Notes: generated by a model not told the origin, from the letters alone. A DNA stretch of 64,000 nucleotides from Mobula hypostoma (GCF_963921235.1 NC_086112.1:45756001-45820000), one strand, 5' to 3'. Shown: positions 1 to 14,398, counted from the stretch's first letter. Made by a program: numbers and translations.

Positions 1-1039
1 TGGAATATAAGTAGCCTTGGAGTTGAGTGTGGGCTGTGGTTTGTGTTGTCAAGATCCCCTGGGAGCAACCTGCTGGTGGAAGGCTAGAGCAGCCACTTGC
101 CATCTTTAGGCTATGTTGGGGCTCCATCCCCTTATGGAGCCTTGCTATCAGTAGTCGGAGCTGCCTTTGCGGTATGGATTTGGCTGTTTCCTGGGCCACT
201 CTGAGCTTGGTAGGGATTTGGCTGTTTCTGTAGCTAGCTGAGGTTGCTGGCCATAACTGTGACTTGGAGTGACTCTGATGCAGAGATGGTACTGTCTGTT
301 GTTCTTTGGTGTTTGTCTCTTCTTGTCCTTGCCTCTGTGGTGTAAGTCAGGCTGTTCTGCTGCCCAGTGGGGGGATCAGTCTTGTCCTTGCCTGGGTGGG
401 GTAAAATCAGGCCATTCTGCTGTTGCCCTGTGGGAGGACTTGACTTCTCTTGTCTTCTCTTTGCCTCTGTTGGGTAAGTCTGGCTGTTCTGCTGTTACCT
501 GATGGATGGTCCTGTCCCATCTTGGTGTGGAGAAGAATTTGAGTCCTGGATTGTCTAAGTATAAGTCCTGGCTCTATGTCTATGTACTGTTCTGTCTCAT
601 GTTGGTTGTTGTGTTAAAGATGAGTCCTGGCTTTTTGAAGGATAAGTCCCGGTTCTATGCTCATGTACAGTTCCCAGCCTGCCTCCAAGCTCAAGACCCA
701 AGACCCCAGCCTGCCTCCAAGCTCAAGACCCAAGACCCCAGCCACGTCCTGTAGCCATGTCATGTCCTTGCCTAGTTCTGGGGTCCGAGCCTAAGGCAAG
801 ACCCACGTTCTGGATCCTTGTCCAGTTTCTGGCTTGGAGTCCAAGCACAGGCTCCTAGGTCATGGTTCCTAGTACTGGTCCTGCTTTCCCAACCCCAGGC
901 TCCTAGTTCATAGTTCCTTGTCTGGGTTCCCTGTTTCTTTTCCATGTCTTAGCCCAGGTCCTGCATCCTAGTCCTGTCCCTAGTACTTCAGTGTCTGTGT
1001 CTTGCATTTGGGTCTGCTACCATTGTCCCCATTGTGACA
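1..1039. mobile_element. Fragment of an LTR-type element (probably a long Gypsy-type LTR), inserted into the 5' LTR of the adjacent Gypsy element
   Basis: Ends ...TGTGACA at 1039 (TGTCAC terminus on the minus strand). The sequence from 1040 resumes mid-LTR, matching the 3' LTR at ~4413. Rich in short internal repeats. Confidence 0.5.
673..742 (+). repeat. ~32-bp tandem duplication (CCCAGCCTGCCTCCAAGCTCAAGACCCAAGAC x2)
   Basis: Directly visible. Confidence 0.9.
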
Positions 1040-4000
1040 TAAGCATTCTTTGATGTTTATATAATTCATTATGGTTATATGTATATTTTGCTTAAAGTCA
1101 GACTAATCTAGACTCACATTTCAGAACCTCCATCTTTTCCTTCAATTAGTTTTATATTTTGGTGTTACAAAACCTAACAGTGGCAACGAAGCATTTTTAA
1201 AATGAATCCTACGACTACCTACCTGTTGAAATGCAGTGCGGCATCAAATAAAAAGTATGAAATGATCAAGTTAAAAAAAAAATGCAGCATGCCTTTCTTC
1301 AGAGCAGCATGTTTTCTTAGCAAAAGGAACAATGATCAAGTAAAAAAAGGCAGAAGATGGAAGAATTCACGTGCTCATAAACAGTGAGTGCTGGGTGATA
1401 TTAATAAGAAAGTAGAAATGGCTGGTTATATTGGAAAGATTTTCATATTTGATTACACAACATATGACTGGATATTGTATACTGAATGGATTGAGCAGCA
1501 TTTTGAAGCAAATGGAATAGCCAGTAGAGGTGAGTGCCAATTTTGCTGACTGCCTTCCTTGGATTTAAAAGTGTACAGTTTGCTTCAAAGTTTAGCTGCT
1601 CCAACCAAACCAGCCGAAATGATCTTTACTGTTATTCTGAAAGTAATGCAGGAACATTTAGAACTGAAACCATTGTTGGTTGCAGAACGCTTTAGGTTTC
1701 ATACACAGAATCAAGAGGAAGAAGAGTCTATTTCAGCATATCTGGCTGAATTGAAGAGACTGTATGAGCATTGGCAATTGGCTTAATGATACACTGTGAG
1801 ATCCTTTAGTTTGTTGTATCTTAAAAGAAAGCATTCAAAAACATTTTCTACCTGAAGCACAACTTGCATTTAAAAGAGCAGTTGAAATAGCCGCATCAAT
1901 GGAAATAGCAGGCAGAGATGCAATTAAGTTGCTGTCAGGAATGAGAGAGAGTGTGAATAAAATTGCAGTGTCTAAACAGAAACCAGCCTGGCCAAACAAA
2001 TTGTGTACTGTTGTGGCAGGGGCTCACACTCATTGGACAAAAGCAGAATGAAAGGCAAAACTTTCAGAAAATAAAACAAAGTAGTATGTTGGGCAGACAA
2101 AAATAAATGCACTGCACAGGATAGAGAAAAAGGTAAAATGTCAAGTTGCAGTTTCAAAACCAGCACTAAGCTGTCGATGAAAAATCTGATAATGATGAGA
2201 GTGGCACAGGATTGTGTAGCCTTGGGATTTACAATGTGAAAATTATCACTAGACAAGCAATATGGCTTGCACCAGAAGTGAACAGCAAATTAATTAAAAT
2301 GCAATTGGAATAGGTGCTGCGAGGCTGCCCAGGCACTCAGTGTTACCTGGATGACATCATTGTTACCAGTGCGGAGATCAAGGAACATCTCCAAAATCTC
2401 AAGACAGCCTTAAAAAGATCAGAAGATTAGGCGCTCAGAGCACAATGAAACAAATGTGAATTCTTTCAACCAAGCATCACTTACTGTGGTCACACCATTG
2501 ATGCATAAGCATTAAATAAGAGTGCTGAGAAATTTCAAGCAGAGGTGGATGCCCCAAGGCCAAAGGATGTGTCAGAGTTGCGGGCCTTTTTAGGATTTGT
2601 CAATTACTATAATAGTTTCGTGCCAAAGCTGGCCACTGTGCTCCATCCCTTGAACTCATTACTGCAGTTCAGAAAGAAATGGCAATGGAAAAAGCCGTGT
2701 GAGGTGGCTTTCAAAAAGGTAAAGGAAATGCTGACATCAGACACAATAATCACACATTATGATCCACACCAACTAGTGAACTTTACCCGTAACACCTCAC
2801 CTTATGATATAGGTACAGTCATGTCACATGTTATGACTGATGGAAGCAAATGTTCCATCGCCTTTGTACCATGTTTCCTTACTGCTGCAGAGAAAAATTA
2901 TACACAGATTGACAGAGAAGCTTTGAATCTGGTTTGGGGTGTAAAATGTTTACAACTAGAAAAGACCACACACTGTCTCAGTCTACCTGACCACCCAAGG
3001 TGCCTGAAATGTGCAGAAATTACAGTTCCCTCTGTTTTTTTTTTAACCAGTGCTGGAATGAGCTTGCTCTTGACAGGGGTTGCCATATGTGGGGATTGAG
3101 AGTTGTTGTACCATCCAAGCTGAGGGCTAAAGTGCTGGAGGAGCTATATGCTGGTTGTCTAGGCATGGTTAAAATGAAAGCATTGGCTCAAAGTTTTCTC
3201 TGGCGGCCTGGAATAGATTAGCAGATCGAGCAGCTTGCCATGCATTGTTTGGGGTGCCAACATATCTGATAGATGCCAAGGGCAGTGCCTCTCCATTCCT
3301 GGGAATGGCCTGCATTACCTTGGCAGAGGATGCATGTGGATTTTGCCAGACCATTCATGGGCACAAGTTTCTTGGTAGCTGTGGATTCAGCTACAAGGTG
3401 GCCTGAAATGTTCCCAATAGCCTCCACTACAGCCTCATACACTATTGATGTGTTGAGAAGCATCTTCTCAATGACTGGTGTTCAAGAAAAATTGGTCAGT
3501 GACAATGGTCTACAGTTTGTTGTGGAACAGTTTCAGTCGTTCCCGAAAATGAATGGAGTAAGACATATTACCTCTGCATCATACCACTCAGCTACAAATA
3601 GCTTGGTGGAAAGGTTTGTCCAGAGTCTGAAGGACACACTGCAAGTAATATCAGCAGCATAGACTACACTAACACTGAATCAGAAGCTCATCAAGTTCCT
3701 CCTTGCATGATGCAACACAGCACACTTCACAACTAACAGCTCATCAGCTATGCTGTTCTTGGGTCATTCCTTGAGTCCACACTTGGATATCCTCACACTC
3801 GATCTCAGAAGGAGTATTTAAGACAAACAGCTGAGACAAATTGAAAGCTCCCCAAAGAAGGCATTCAATGTTGCACTCTTTTGACAAGGGACTACAGAGT
3901 GATCAAAAGTGGGGAGTTGAAAAGATTAAGGATAGAACTGTACAGCTCTTTTACCCAGTGGAGATGTCTCCAGATGATATCAGACACCGACACATTGACC

Positions 4001-4589
4001 AGTTGAGGAGAGCAGAGTCAATTGTTAAAGAAGACATGTGCCCAATGTTGTCAGAACCACTTCCTGCAGTTCCAGAGTCAACTTTTACAACCACCATGGA
4101 GGAGGACCCAGAAGCTGAGATTGCTTCTTAGCCATAAGTCTCACCTGCCAAGCGGAGGGATCCCTCTTGTCAGGAAAGCTGTTATCCCACAAGAGAAAGA
4201 AAGCCTCTACAGTGATTAAATCTATAGGCCTGAACAGGACAATTTAAAGTTTACTATGCTGAGGGTGTCTGTATAGTCATTGTATTATATAGTATATGGT
4301 GTATATAGTTAAGGTACATTTTACATTGAGTTGGAGTTTATAGCTAAGCAGGGAGGAATGTTGTGTATTTAATATTTCAGTAATATTTTAGTAAAAATGT
4401 AAATAAATTGATTAAGCATTCTTTGTTTATATAATTCATTATGGTTATATATACAAAGTATGTGAATGGCATATGTCATCATGGTATCACATCATAGGGG
4501 TGCACCCCATTTAAAGTAAAATTCGCATTTCAAACTCTCCATATTTTCATTTAAATTAGTTTTATGATTTGGAGTTACAGCTTATAACA
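1040..4589 (+). mobile_element. Degenerate Ty3/Gypsy LTR retrotransposon (copy A), with internal deletions
   Basis: Partial 5' LTR 1040-1179 ending TAACA; PBS-like TGGCAACGAAG at 1181; gag from ATG 1418 (AERFRFH..NQ.EEESISAYLAELKRL); RT YLDD at ~2344; RT thumb/RNaseH (ELRAFLGFVNYY, AEKNYTQIDREAL); integrase (PWQRMHVDFA, VSDNG, ERFVQSLK); PPT AAGCAGGGAGGAA; 3' LTR 4359-4589 TG...CA. Many stops and frameshifts. Confidence 0.93.
4359..4589 (+). repeat. 3' LTR of Gypsy copy A
   Basis: TGTTGTGTATTTAATA...TAACA directly after the PPT; matches 1040-1179 and the other LTRs of this family in the window. Confidence 0.9.
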
Positions 4590-4689
4590 GCCATCATTTC
4601 TGACTCTGAATTTATGTGCTACTGTCAGCAATCTTTGTCTTACACTTGTTCATCACACATATGTACTTAACAGTAAGAATTATTACATA

Positions 4690-5421
4690 CCAGTAATATA
4701 ATGACAATATAATGTGTACAGGATAACAAAAACAGCATAGTAGTATCAGGATAGAATACCTGAATCAGATGTTGAACAGCAATAAACAATAGCAGAATTT
4801 TGGTCTCGACCTATGATGTAGTGTTTTGATTAGAAGATTACAGTGTCCTGTATTTGTGTTTTACTTTTTTAGGTATAAGGTAAGGTATAAAAATAATTAG
4901 CATTGTAGACTTGTTCTAGTGTTAGATTGTCATCAGTGACGATCTTTGCAAATTCAATGAATTTCTCTGCTGCTTCATGTATGACTATGATCAGCAGTCG
5001 CTTTATCTTTAAAAAATTAATGCCATACCTTTTCTTAAATTTTTGCAACCAGTCAGCTAAATATTCACAATTATTTTCAACTTTCAGTTCATCGTGATAG
5101 ATCCTTGCTTGTTTCTTGATCAGTATACCGTAAGTGGCATATATTCACTCCGACACCGACAAGTCTGCTCTTCCAATACAATATTGAGATCCTTATTTTT
5201 CATTTTATGCAGTGTTTTTATAATTTTCATTAACTTCTGTTCAATACATATGAGGTTTCTTCTCAGAAACGTATGTGGTGCACAGAGACCTGCACATTGC
5301 TTGGGTACCTTCCTAGTGCCTTGAGATATTTTCCTTATGTGACATAATTTCAGTGCTCAGAAAAGTTTTGGATTTCGGAGGCTTTTGGAGTTTGAAACTC
5401 CGGATGGGGGTACTCTACCTG
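4690..5421 (-). mobile_element. Pogo/Tigger (Tigger4/Zombi-like) DNA transposon remnant
   Basis: Terminal ...GGGGTACTCTACCTG|TA at 5421. The minus strand encodes a frameshifted CENP-B-type HTH (KTLHKMKNKDL...; the WLQKFKKR.GI.F region). Left boundary uncertain. Confidence 0.7.
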
Positions 5422-7149
5422 TAATAAGTTACTAAGATGCGGCTCCTAGATAATTTGATCTTGTTGCTCAGTTCTGCTGCTTAATGGCGCTATGCCCTCC
5501 ATAAATTTTTCCTTCAACCCATTTGTATTCCTCAATGCAAAATGGAAGTGGTTGTAATAGTTAGTCTTGAAAACAGTTGAAAAGTCAGTTGGATCTATTT
5601 GTGGATTGATAACTGTCTTATTGTATCTGATCCCAACTCCTATGCAAAAACTTTGTTTTAAGATTACAATAGCGTGCAAGAAGCAACTGGTGTGCAATAG
5701 CATTGTAAAATAATATTTATGACATTCTCAGCTGTGGCTTCTGAAATGCAGTTGAGGTACCAAAGATTCATAATTATTGAACTTAATTTCTATGCTTTTG
5801 TGTTGGCACAACTTTGCAACTCAGTATTGTGGAAAGCTGTACAAAAAGGAATCATGTCGATTTTGGATGAAAACTAATTCAGACTCAGATATTGGATATT
5901 CTTATGGCCAGACATTGGACAATGGAAGGCTTGTGCTGCTCTGTGGTGCAAAAGTCATGAAAGCACACATTTGTTAATGTGTTAGCAGTATACCCTTACT
6001 GGCTCAGCAATTCAGCTGAATTACACAATTACTTCTGCAGTTAAAAATGCAATTAAAAGCTGAGGCAATGCACATTCCTGCTGGAAAGTAGAGTACACAG
6101 TGACCACATGTACTCTGTTACAGAATCTTTTGCAATTAATTAGCAGAGACGATAACTTGGACCTTCCCCCTTACCCCAACCTTACTCTTTTCACTGACTC
6201 TTTGAATTATTAGATAAAATCTTTGAATATCATTTTTTCTCTACCATCAATATTTTGTTTTGTAGTGGCCACTAAACCATAGGGTGGAAGATGCTATTGG
6301 AATTTTCTGTGCCTTCAATAATATGGCGCAAGGAAATGATCTTTATAGACAGATGGCAAGACAGGCAATGAAGCTTCAGTAGTAAAGATGAACAGATGAT
6401 CTTTTTAGTCCAGTACCAGAACATGCCAAGAGCTTCAGATCTGACATGCCCCTACAGATTGCATACACTTCCAATTGCTGCGAGCTTCTTCTGCTTGCAC
6501 TGATTAAAGAACTATATTTAATGCTAGCCCAGCCAATAGCATGTGATTAGCCACTGCATTTTCCTAAACAAGAGAATTAAACCATCTATCCAATCCTGAG
6601 AATATGTAGGTCGTATTATATGATAGCAATCATATAACACAACTTATCATTTGCAGGAACATTTGAAGGGAATATATTACATAATGTATTGATCTATTCA
6701 GTGACTTGAACTCAAGCTGCACTGATGGAATGGACAACTTCAAATTCAAAATGAAATGGTTTCTTATTGTTAATCCTCTCTGGAAAATGCACAAATTTCT
6801 CAGAAAAGAATGTTGCCCTTTCTTATATATATATATATAATATATATATTAGCAGCCCCCCCGAATCCCTACAATATAAACAGAAAAATGCCAAAGTTCA
6901 ACAATATATATAATGAATAGAAAGTTGCATCCTCATGTCCAAATCTCACCTTCCCTTCTCATCCATGGGATGATATGGCTTCCATTCTGATATATGCAGA
7001 AGGAAATCTATGATATGGCTTGGAAACACACTTGCTTTGAGTCACAAGATTATGGGTTTAATTCAAATTATGAGATTTAAAACTTAGGTTGATATTTTGT
7101 TGCAATGCTGAGGGACGTTGCATTGTTCTGGATGCATGTTTTCAAATTC

Positions 7150-8630
7150 ATTTATTCTTTCGTTAGGGATTTGATCATTACTGAAAAGGCCTGCATTTAC
7201 TGCACATCCTTTGAGAAGATGAGGGGTACATCAATCTCCCATACTGTTTTTAGGTAAGGAGTTCCAGAATTTACACCTAGTGGTAATGAAGTCCAGTTAT
7301 GCATTTCCGAATCAGTATGGTGCGTGATTTGGAAGAGACTTGTGGGTCACTGGTGTTCTTCAGTTCCTAATGTCACTGAGGTTGTGTGACAGGTTGCATA
7401 TTTAGGAAGTGCTGTAGGAGTAGTCAAGTCAATTAAATATAGAGCATTCTGTTCATGGTATACATTACAGCCACTGTGTGTTAATTGGGAAGGGAATAAA
7501 CATTTGGGGTGTCTGTTAGGATGCTAATCAAACAAACTGCTTTCTCTTGGATGGCTTTGAGCTTCCCAAGAGTTGTCAAAATTAAGCTTATCCAAAGCAT
7601 TCGGAGAGTATTCCATCACACTGCTGACCTATACCTTGTAGATTGTGGAAAGAATTTGGGGTACGAGGAGCTGAGTCATTGGCTACGGGATACCGAGCCT
7701 CAGACTTCATGGATTTTAGCCACAGTATTTTTATGTGACTGATCCAGTTGATAGTGGGGGTTTTGGTAATGGCAATGCTATTGATCATCGGGAGGAGGTG
7801 GTTAGACTCCATCTAACTGGATATGGCTATTTCCATTTTATGTCGTAATGCTGGAAGGTTGTCTAAGTTTTGCTGCATGTAGGAATGGACTGCCTCCTTT
7901 GCCGAGGAATTGCGAGTGGAATTTGATATTGTGCAGTTACCAGTGAGCAAACCCACTCCTGGCTTCATTAATGAAGCAGCTGAAGATGTGGGGCTGAGAA
8001 CTTTGGCGTGGAGATGCTTTGAGGCTGTGATTATTACCTTCCAGCAAGTATAATGTGTTCTTTTGTGTGACACTCCAACTGTTGGAGTGTTTCCCCCCTG
8101 ATCACATGGATTTCATTTTTACCAGGCACGTTGAAGATACAAAATGCTGCAAAGGCAGTCACTCTCAGCTTACCTCTGAATTCAGCTCCTGCGTTCATGT
8201 TTGGACCTAGGCTGTGACGAAGTCCGAAGTGGAGTAATTCAAATCATGGATCAATGAACAGATAATTGGTGAGTGAGTACTGCTTCATAGCCCTGTTAGT
8301 AACACCTTCTGCCACTTTGTCTATGAATGGGAGAAGACTGATTAGCAGGGTTGGACTTGCCCTGCTAATTGTGAATAGAACATACCCAGGGCAGTTTTCC
8401 ACAATGACGGGTAGAATTCAGTATCTAGATCTGTGGAGCAGCTGGACAGCATCTGGGATGCTGTCACTGGATTGAATGCTCTCACCTTTTGATTTACATG
8501 GATTTAATCCAATAGGATGGAGAATGACTTCTGTGATGGCAACGAACTCTTGGCTTTCAGTGACATTGCCATTGTTAAACCCCTGTCTTTTAACAACGTG
8601 GAGAGTTTGTGCTGGAGCTAAACGGACCAA
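7150..8630 (-). mobile_element. Old, highly decayed CR1-clade LINE fragments
   Basis: Similar to 50440-50900; decayed RT-region motifs on the minus strand; no ORF. Confidence 0.5.
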
Positions 8631-8639
8631 TCATGAGTA

Positions 8640-8916
8640 TCAAGACAAGGGGTATAGATTTAAGGTGAGAGGAGGGGGTTTAAAAGTGGATCTGAGGGGA
8701 AAGTTATTTTTTACACAGAGCGGTTGATATCTGGAAGGTGGTGGAATCGGATGCACCACTATATTTAAGGGGCATTCAGTCAGACAATTAAATAGGCCAT
8801 GCATAGAAGGATATGATCCTAATGTGGGCAAATGTGATTAATGTAGATAGGCAGAAAGGATGGCATGGATATGGGTAGGCTGAAGGACCATTTTGTATGC
8901 TATATGATTTTATGAC
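8640..8916 (+). mobile_element. CR1 LINE 3' end fragment
   Basis: GYRFKVRGG..KVDLRGKLFFTQ C-terminal motif and typical 3' UTR. Confidence 0.75.
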
Positions 8917-9744
8917 AAAATATTGATTGGGGTGGTTCATCCTATGCTGAGAGACACGTCACCTGTTACCCCAAGGAAATGAAGGCTATCTGTAAATCAC
9001 ACACAGGTGTGATCCTGCTGTTCAGATCTTGCTTCCTTCATATAAACAAAACTGTACATTAAGTGCATATACAGTGTGCAGCCCAGCATGATAGGCCTGA
9101 TGTCAAGGTAGCATTGAGCAGGGATCAATCGCGTTGCTGGATGATTCCTTTCTGTGTGTGTAATGCACCAGATACAGACTGAGTCTATTTGGCAACTTAC
9201 ATAAGCTGCTGTAGTAATTTGCAATCAGAGCTGAACATGTGGGCACCAATTGTTGGGAAAAAAAAATCTGACTTTTTGGCCTCTTTCCTGCTCACTTCTC
9301 TTTTGTTGCTCCTGATTTGCAGCATCCTTCTTGAACAAATATCATCTACGTCAGTAGTAATAAATCTGATTCTGATTCAGCTTTTTATAAATCATAAACT
9401 TGTTGCTTTATGGCCATGAGGTATACAACTCTCAGCTGACCACAACCCAGTTAGGGCATTTTGCTTAGACTTTCCCTTTGAACAGAATGGCTGTGATTGG
9501 TGGCTCAAGGGTGTTTTAACTGGTGTTACTCTGCTTTGGGTGTTTTGTGAACTGGCACTCTTGTTTTAGTACCTTGGACTGCAGCAAGTTCATAAAATCT
9601 ATGCATCCACTTGCCTTTCCTTCTGAAGATCACATACACTGCTGCATCACCCCGGTAAAGGTTGATGTACAATTAATACATACCCAGTAATGTTAGCACT
9701 GTGACTTGTTCGGTGAGCTAAGTAACAAGATTCATCATTGTCAT

Positions 9745-10140
9745 TGTGTGCTGTGTTGTATGATGTGGTCAATCATGGTTTTACATCCGTCTTTAATCTG
9801 AGAAGTTCTAATAAACTCTTCAAAACTTTTGCCTGTCTATCCCTTGATGTAACTCATAAATGTCAAGCGCTGTCGACCGCAACTTTTTCTTCCATCAATT
9901 TTTCCCTGTCACTTCAAGATGTTTGGACTTCTCTTCACTCAGTACATGTCTCAGAAATTCCATCTGCTGATTCCTGATTGATGATATCAGCTCTCTTCTT
10001 ATTCCAGCTTTTTGTCGCACTTCCTCATTTGTTACTCTACCCTTCCATGATATTTTCATCATTCTTTTCAAAAACCATATTTTAGTAACAAGGTTAGAGT
10101 GATTAAACAAACATTCTGTATTGAAAGCATTCAATACTTA
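9745..10140 (-). mobile_element. RTE-clade LINE 3' fragment
   Basis: WFLKRMMKISWKGRVTNEEVRQKAG...QQMEFLRHV motif. Confidence 0.8.
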
Positions 10141-10699
10141 ACTAGCATAACCTCAGCAATTTGACTCCTCTGAAGATTCCCCTCCTGATGCCTTTAAGCA
10201 CATTTTCTCATGTCTTGGCTTTCTCTTTGGCTTTCCATGGATATTGGACCTTTTCCTCTCCTTTGCTGTTTGTTTAACATAGAAAGTTTTCACCTCTGAC
10301 TTTCCTCCTCTGGATCGTCTCCAATGTTTGCACTTCGTCCATAACTGATTTTAGCTTCTTTTGATGCACTTCGGCTACACTGTGTTGAACTGACATCAGT
10401 AAGTCTAGATCTTGTTTAATGTCACTCACGGGATATGCCGAAATCTTGAACTGCCTCCACACCCTTCCATACATTCCTTCCTCGTGGCATTCACCTCAGC
10501 TTGAGCTTGATTAAGCTCATTTCATAAATCCCTCAACAGCAGAGGTCTGGCATACTCAAAACTCATTTTCAGGACTTGTACAGTCTTATCCACTGCAGCA
10601 GCATCAGCTGACTTGATTAACTTGTTACAATGCTCTGCCAAATTTCTCACCTTCCATCTTATGACTAAAATAAATACAGACTCCCCTTCTAAACTGCTT

Positions 10700-11180
10700 G
10701 TAGCCGATGCATAGAGGCACAGAAACAGCCCCTTCAGCTAAACTTGTCCATGACAACCACAGCATTTCCCTGCGTGTCGCAGTTGTCCATGTCCAGCCGA
10801 TTGCTTGCGAAGCCCTTCCCTCCATGTACCTATCCCAATGCTTCTTAAATTTTGCAGTGGTACCTGCCTCAACCACTTCCTCTGGCAACTCATTCCAGGT
10901 ATGCACTGCACTCTGTCTAAAGAAGTTGTCTCTCAGGTCTCTTTTAAATCTCTCCATCTCATCTTATATCTGAACCCTCTAGATTAGGATTCTCCAAACC
11001 TGGGGAAAAAACTAAGACCCTCCATCTTATCTATACCCATCATGATTCTATATGCTTCTGTGAGGTCACCTATGACCCAAGAAATACCAGTGTGGCCAAC
11101 CTGTCCCAATAACTCAGACCATCTAGTCCACCTAGCATTGTCATAAATCCCTTCCGCACCCTCTCCAGCTTGAAACATTA
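10700..11180 (-). mobile_element. CR1 LINE 3' fragment
   Basis: FKRDLRDNFFRQSAVHTWNELPEEVVEAGT..FKKHWDRYM. Confidence 0.85.
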
Positions 11181-11184
11181 CTAC

Positions 11185-12560
11185 ACCCCAGGGTTCTGAA
11201 AGAGGTAGCTGAAGAGATTGTGGAGTTATTAGTAGTGATCTTTCAAGAATCATCAGATTCTGGAATGGTTCTGGAGGACTGGAAAATTGCAAATGTTTCT
11301 CCATTCTGTAAGAAGGGAGGCAGGCAGAAGAAAGGAAATTATTGCATGACAAATCTGTCGGAAATCCTTGACTAGGTAACAGGCAGGATAGACAAAGGAG
11401 AGTCAGTGGATGTTGATTATTTAGATTTTCAGAAGGCCTTTGATAAAGCCTGCTTAACATGATAGGAGTCCATGGTATTACAGGAAAGATAGTAGCATGG
11501 ATAGAGGATTGGCTGACTGGCAGGAGGCAGAGTGGATCTTTCTCTTCTGGTTGGCTGCCAGTCACTAGTGGTGTTCCACAGAAGTTGATGTTGGGACTGC
11601 TTTTTTCACGTTATATGTTAATGATTTGTATGAGGGAATTGATGCTTTTGTGGCCAAGTTTGTGGATGATATAAAGGTTGGTGGAGGGGTAGGTAGCATT
11701 AAGGAAGCAGGGAGTCTGCAGAAAGACTCAGGCAAATTAGGGATAAAGACAAAGAAGTGGCAGATGAAATAGTGTTGGAAAATGTAAGGTCATGCACTTT
11801 AGTGGAACGAATAATGGCATAGACTATTTTCTAAATAGGGAGAAAATTCAAAAATCAGAGGTTCTCGTGCAGGATTCCCTAAAGGTTAACTTGCAAGTTG
11901 ACTCGGTGGTAAGGAAGGCAAATGCAATGTTAGCATTCATTTTGAGAAGACTAGAATATAAAAGCAATAATGCAATGCTGAGGTTTTATAAGACATTTCC
12001 CAGGCCACACCTGGAGTGTTGTGAGCAGTTTTAGTCCTCTTATCTAAGAAAAGATGTGCTGGATTGGGCAGTGTCCAGAGGAGGTTCACAAGAATGATTC
12101 TGGGAATGAAAGGGTTAACATCTGAGGAAGACTTGATGGCTCTGGGCAAGTTATCGCTTCAACTTAGATGAATTAGAGGGTATCACATTGAAGCCTATCA
12201 AATATTGAAATACCTAAATGGAGTGAATGCGGAGTGGATGTTTGCTACAGTGGAGGAGTCTAGGAATAGAGGGCAAGGCCATGACACCTATTTAGAACAG
12301 CAAAGGAGAGGAACTTTAGCCAGATGGTGGTGAAATTGTGGAATTCATTGCCACGGGTAGCTGTAGTGGCCAAGTCATTGGGTATATTTAAAGCTGAGGT
12401 TGATAGGTTCTTGATTAGTCAGGGTATCAATGATTATGGAGAGAAGGAAAGAGCATTGGGTTGAGAAGGATAATAAATCAGCCCTTATGGAATAGCAGAG
12501 CAGGTTTGATGGGACAAATAGCCGCCTTCCGATCCTATGTGTTATTGTCTTACGGTCTTA
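11185..12560 (+). mobile_element. CR1 LINE, decayed ORF2 (RT) with 3' tail
   Basis: YLDFQKAFDK, VTSGVPQ, VRKANAMLAFI, RPHLE; tail ...TATTGTCTTACGGTCTT. Confidence 0.9.
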
Positions 12561-13329
12561 AACCAAGCTTCACCTTCCTCTTCAGATGGGTTATAAAACT
12601 TCAGTAACTGTACTGTACCTTGACCACTGCCATGACTTCCATAGAGACAGATACCTGCCTTCAACATTCTCTGCTCCCAAATAATAGCCCCTCTGACATT
12701 CCCAAACCAATGGAACTGTAGATATTTATTTCTTATTCATGATCAATCTGTTGGTGCTGAACCAAGTTTGACAGTGTCTGTGAGCTCTGCACTTTTTTTG
12801 CCTCTCTCAAGCTCACCTGTGCAGTGATAAATTTAGACTGGACCAAGTACCTCCCCTACATCCAGCTTGTCCAACACTGCGATTCACTGAAACATACAGC
12901 TCCTCTGTCTGAATACTTCAGTCTAGTCAGTACCTGCGATCACTATTATAGTCATCCAGCCTGTATCACGAGAGGAAATCTGACCTATTTTTCTCCACTT
13001 CATCCATCTATGGCCTGAAGAATGCCCCCAGTGTGGGTGCCCAGTTATTCAAATCATTGAGAAACCTCCAATAACATTCTTCGCTATAACAGATTAACAT
13101 GCAGCAGAATCAGTACTCATGGCATTCATAACTGATCAAGTTGCTGCTAATGCCCTGTCATTAGACTCTGATTAGGTATATGTTAAGTTCTATAGAATGT
13201 ACCAACTGCTGTGAATGTGCTATTCTGTGGCACTTTAAGCATCTAGCAAGGTCACTCTGAGGTTGGGTGCAGCTCCCATAATGTCCATGGTAACGCCTCC
13301 TATATTTTACATTTCAATAACTTGTAGCA

Positions 13330-13889
13330 TTCTTGGTTTGCTTTAGGAGGTTAAAGAGTTTCAGCTTGTCACAGACTACTCTAACAATCTTCTACAGACG
13401 TACCATTGAAAGTATCCTGACTGAACATGGTATCATGGTCTAGAAAAGCATTTTGGATGCACAGGAATGGAAGAAGTCGTGTACTGCCCAATACAACATG
13501 GACATACCCTGCTACGAACATTAGTATTGACAGGAGGTGCAACCGCACCTTCATAGATCCCCACCATCCGGGCCATGCCATCTTTTTGTATCTGCCATCG
13601 GACAGGTGGTACAGAAGCCAGAAGTCCAACACTGTAAATTTCCAGTACATCCACTTCCCTTCATCCATTTGATTATTGAACCAACTAACAAAACCCAAAT
13701 CACCACAGGTTAGAACAGTTATGATTGATATACTCTAAAATGATCTTTTTCATTCTGTTTGTGTTCTTTCTTGTAAAAAAAATTATGTGCAATTGATGTT
13801 TAATGTTTTTCTTACAAATGGAATTATCCGTGATGCAATGTGCCTGTGATGCTGTGACATGATTTTAATTGCACCTGTGTATACATATG
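13330..13889 (+). mobile_element. Rex1/Babar-type (CR1/L2 group) LINE 3' fragment
   Basis: LRRLKSF..L..FYRRTIESIL motif, HHPGHAIF..LPS.R.YR; the tail resumes after the CR1 at ~14405. Confidence 0.7.
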
Positions 13890-14398
13890 ACATAAGAACA
13901 TAAGAATTAGGAGCAGGATCTGGTCCATCGAGCCTGCTCTGTCATTCAATAAGATCATGGCTGATCTGGCCATGGACTCATCTCCACCTACCTGCCTTTT
14001 CCCCATAACCCTTAATTCCCCAACTATGGAAAAATCTATCCAACCTTGTCTTAAATATATATTCACTGAGGTGGCCTCCATTGCTTCATTGGACAGAGAA
14101 TTCCACAGATTCACCACTCTCCAGGAAAAGCAGTTCCTTCTCATCTCTGTCCTAAATCTACTCCCCCAAATCTTGAGGCTATGTCCCCTAGTTCTAGTCT
14201 CACCTACCACAGGAAACAACTTTCCTGCCGCTATCTTATCTATCCCTTTCATAATTTCATATTTTTCTATAAGATCTCCTCTCATTCTTCTGAATTCCAG
14301 CGAGTACAGTCCCAGACGACGCAATCTCTCCTCAGTCTAACCCCCTCATCTCCGGAATCAACCTGGTGAACTTCCTCTGCACCTCCTCCAAAGCCAGA
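13890..14398 (-). mobile_element. CR1 LINE 3' fragment (relatively young)
   Basis: RRLGLYSLEFRRMRGDLIE..TRGHSLKI..FRTEMRRNCFSWRVVNLWNSL; (CATAAGAA) tail. Confidence 0.92.
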
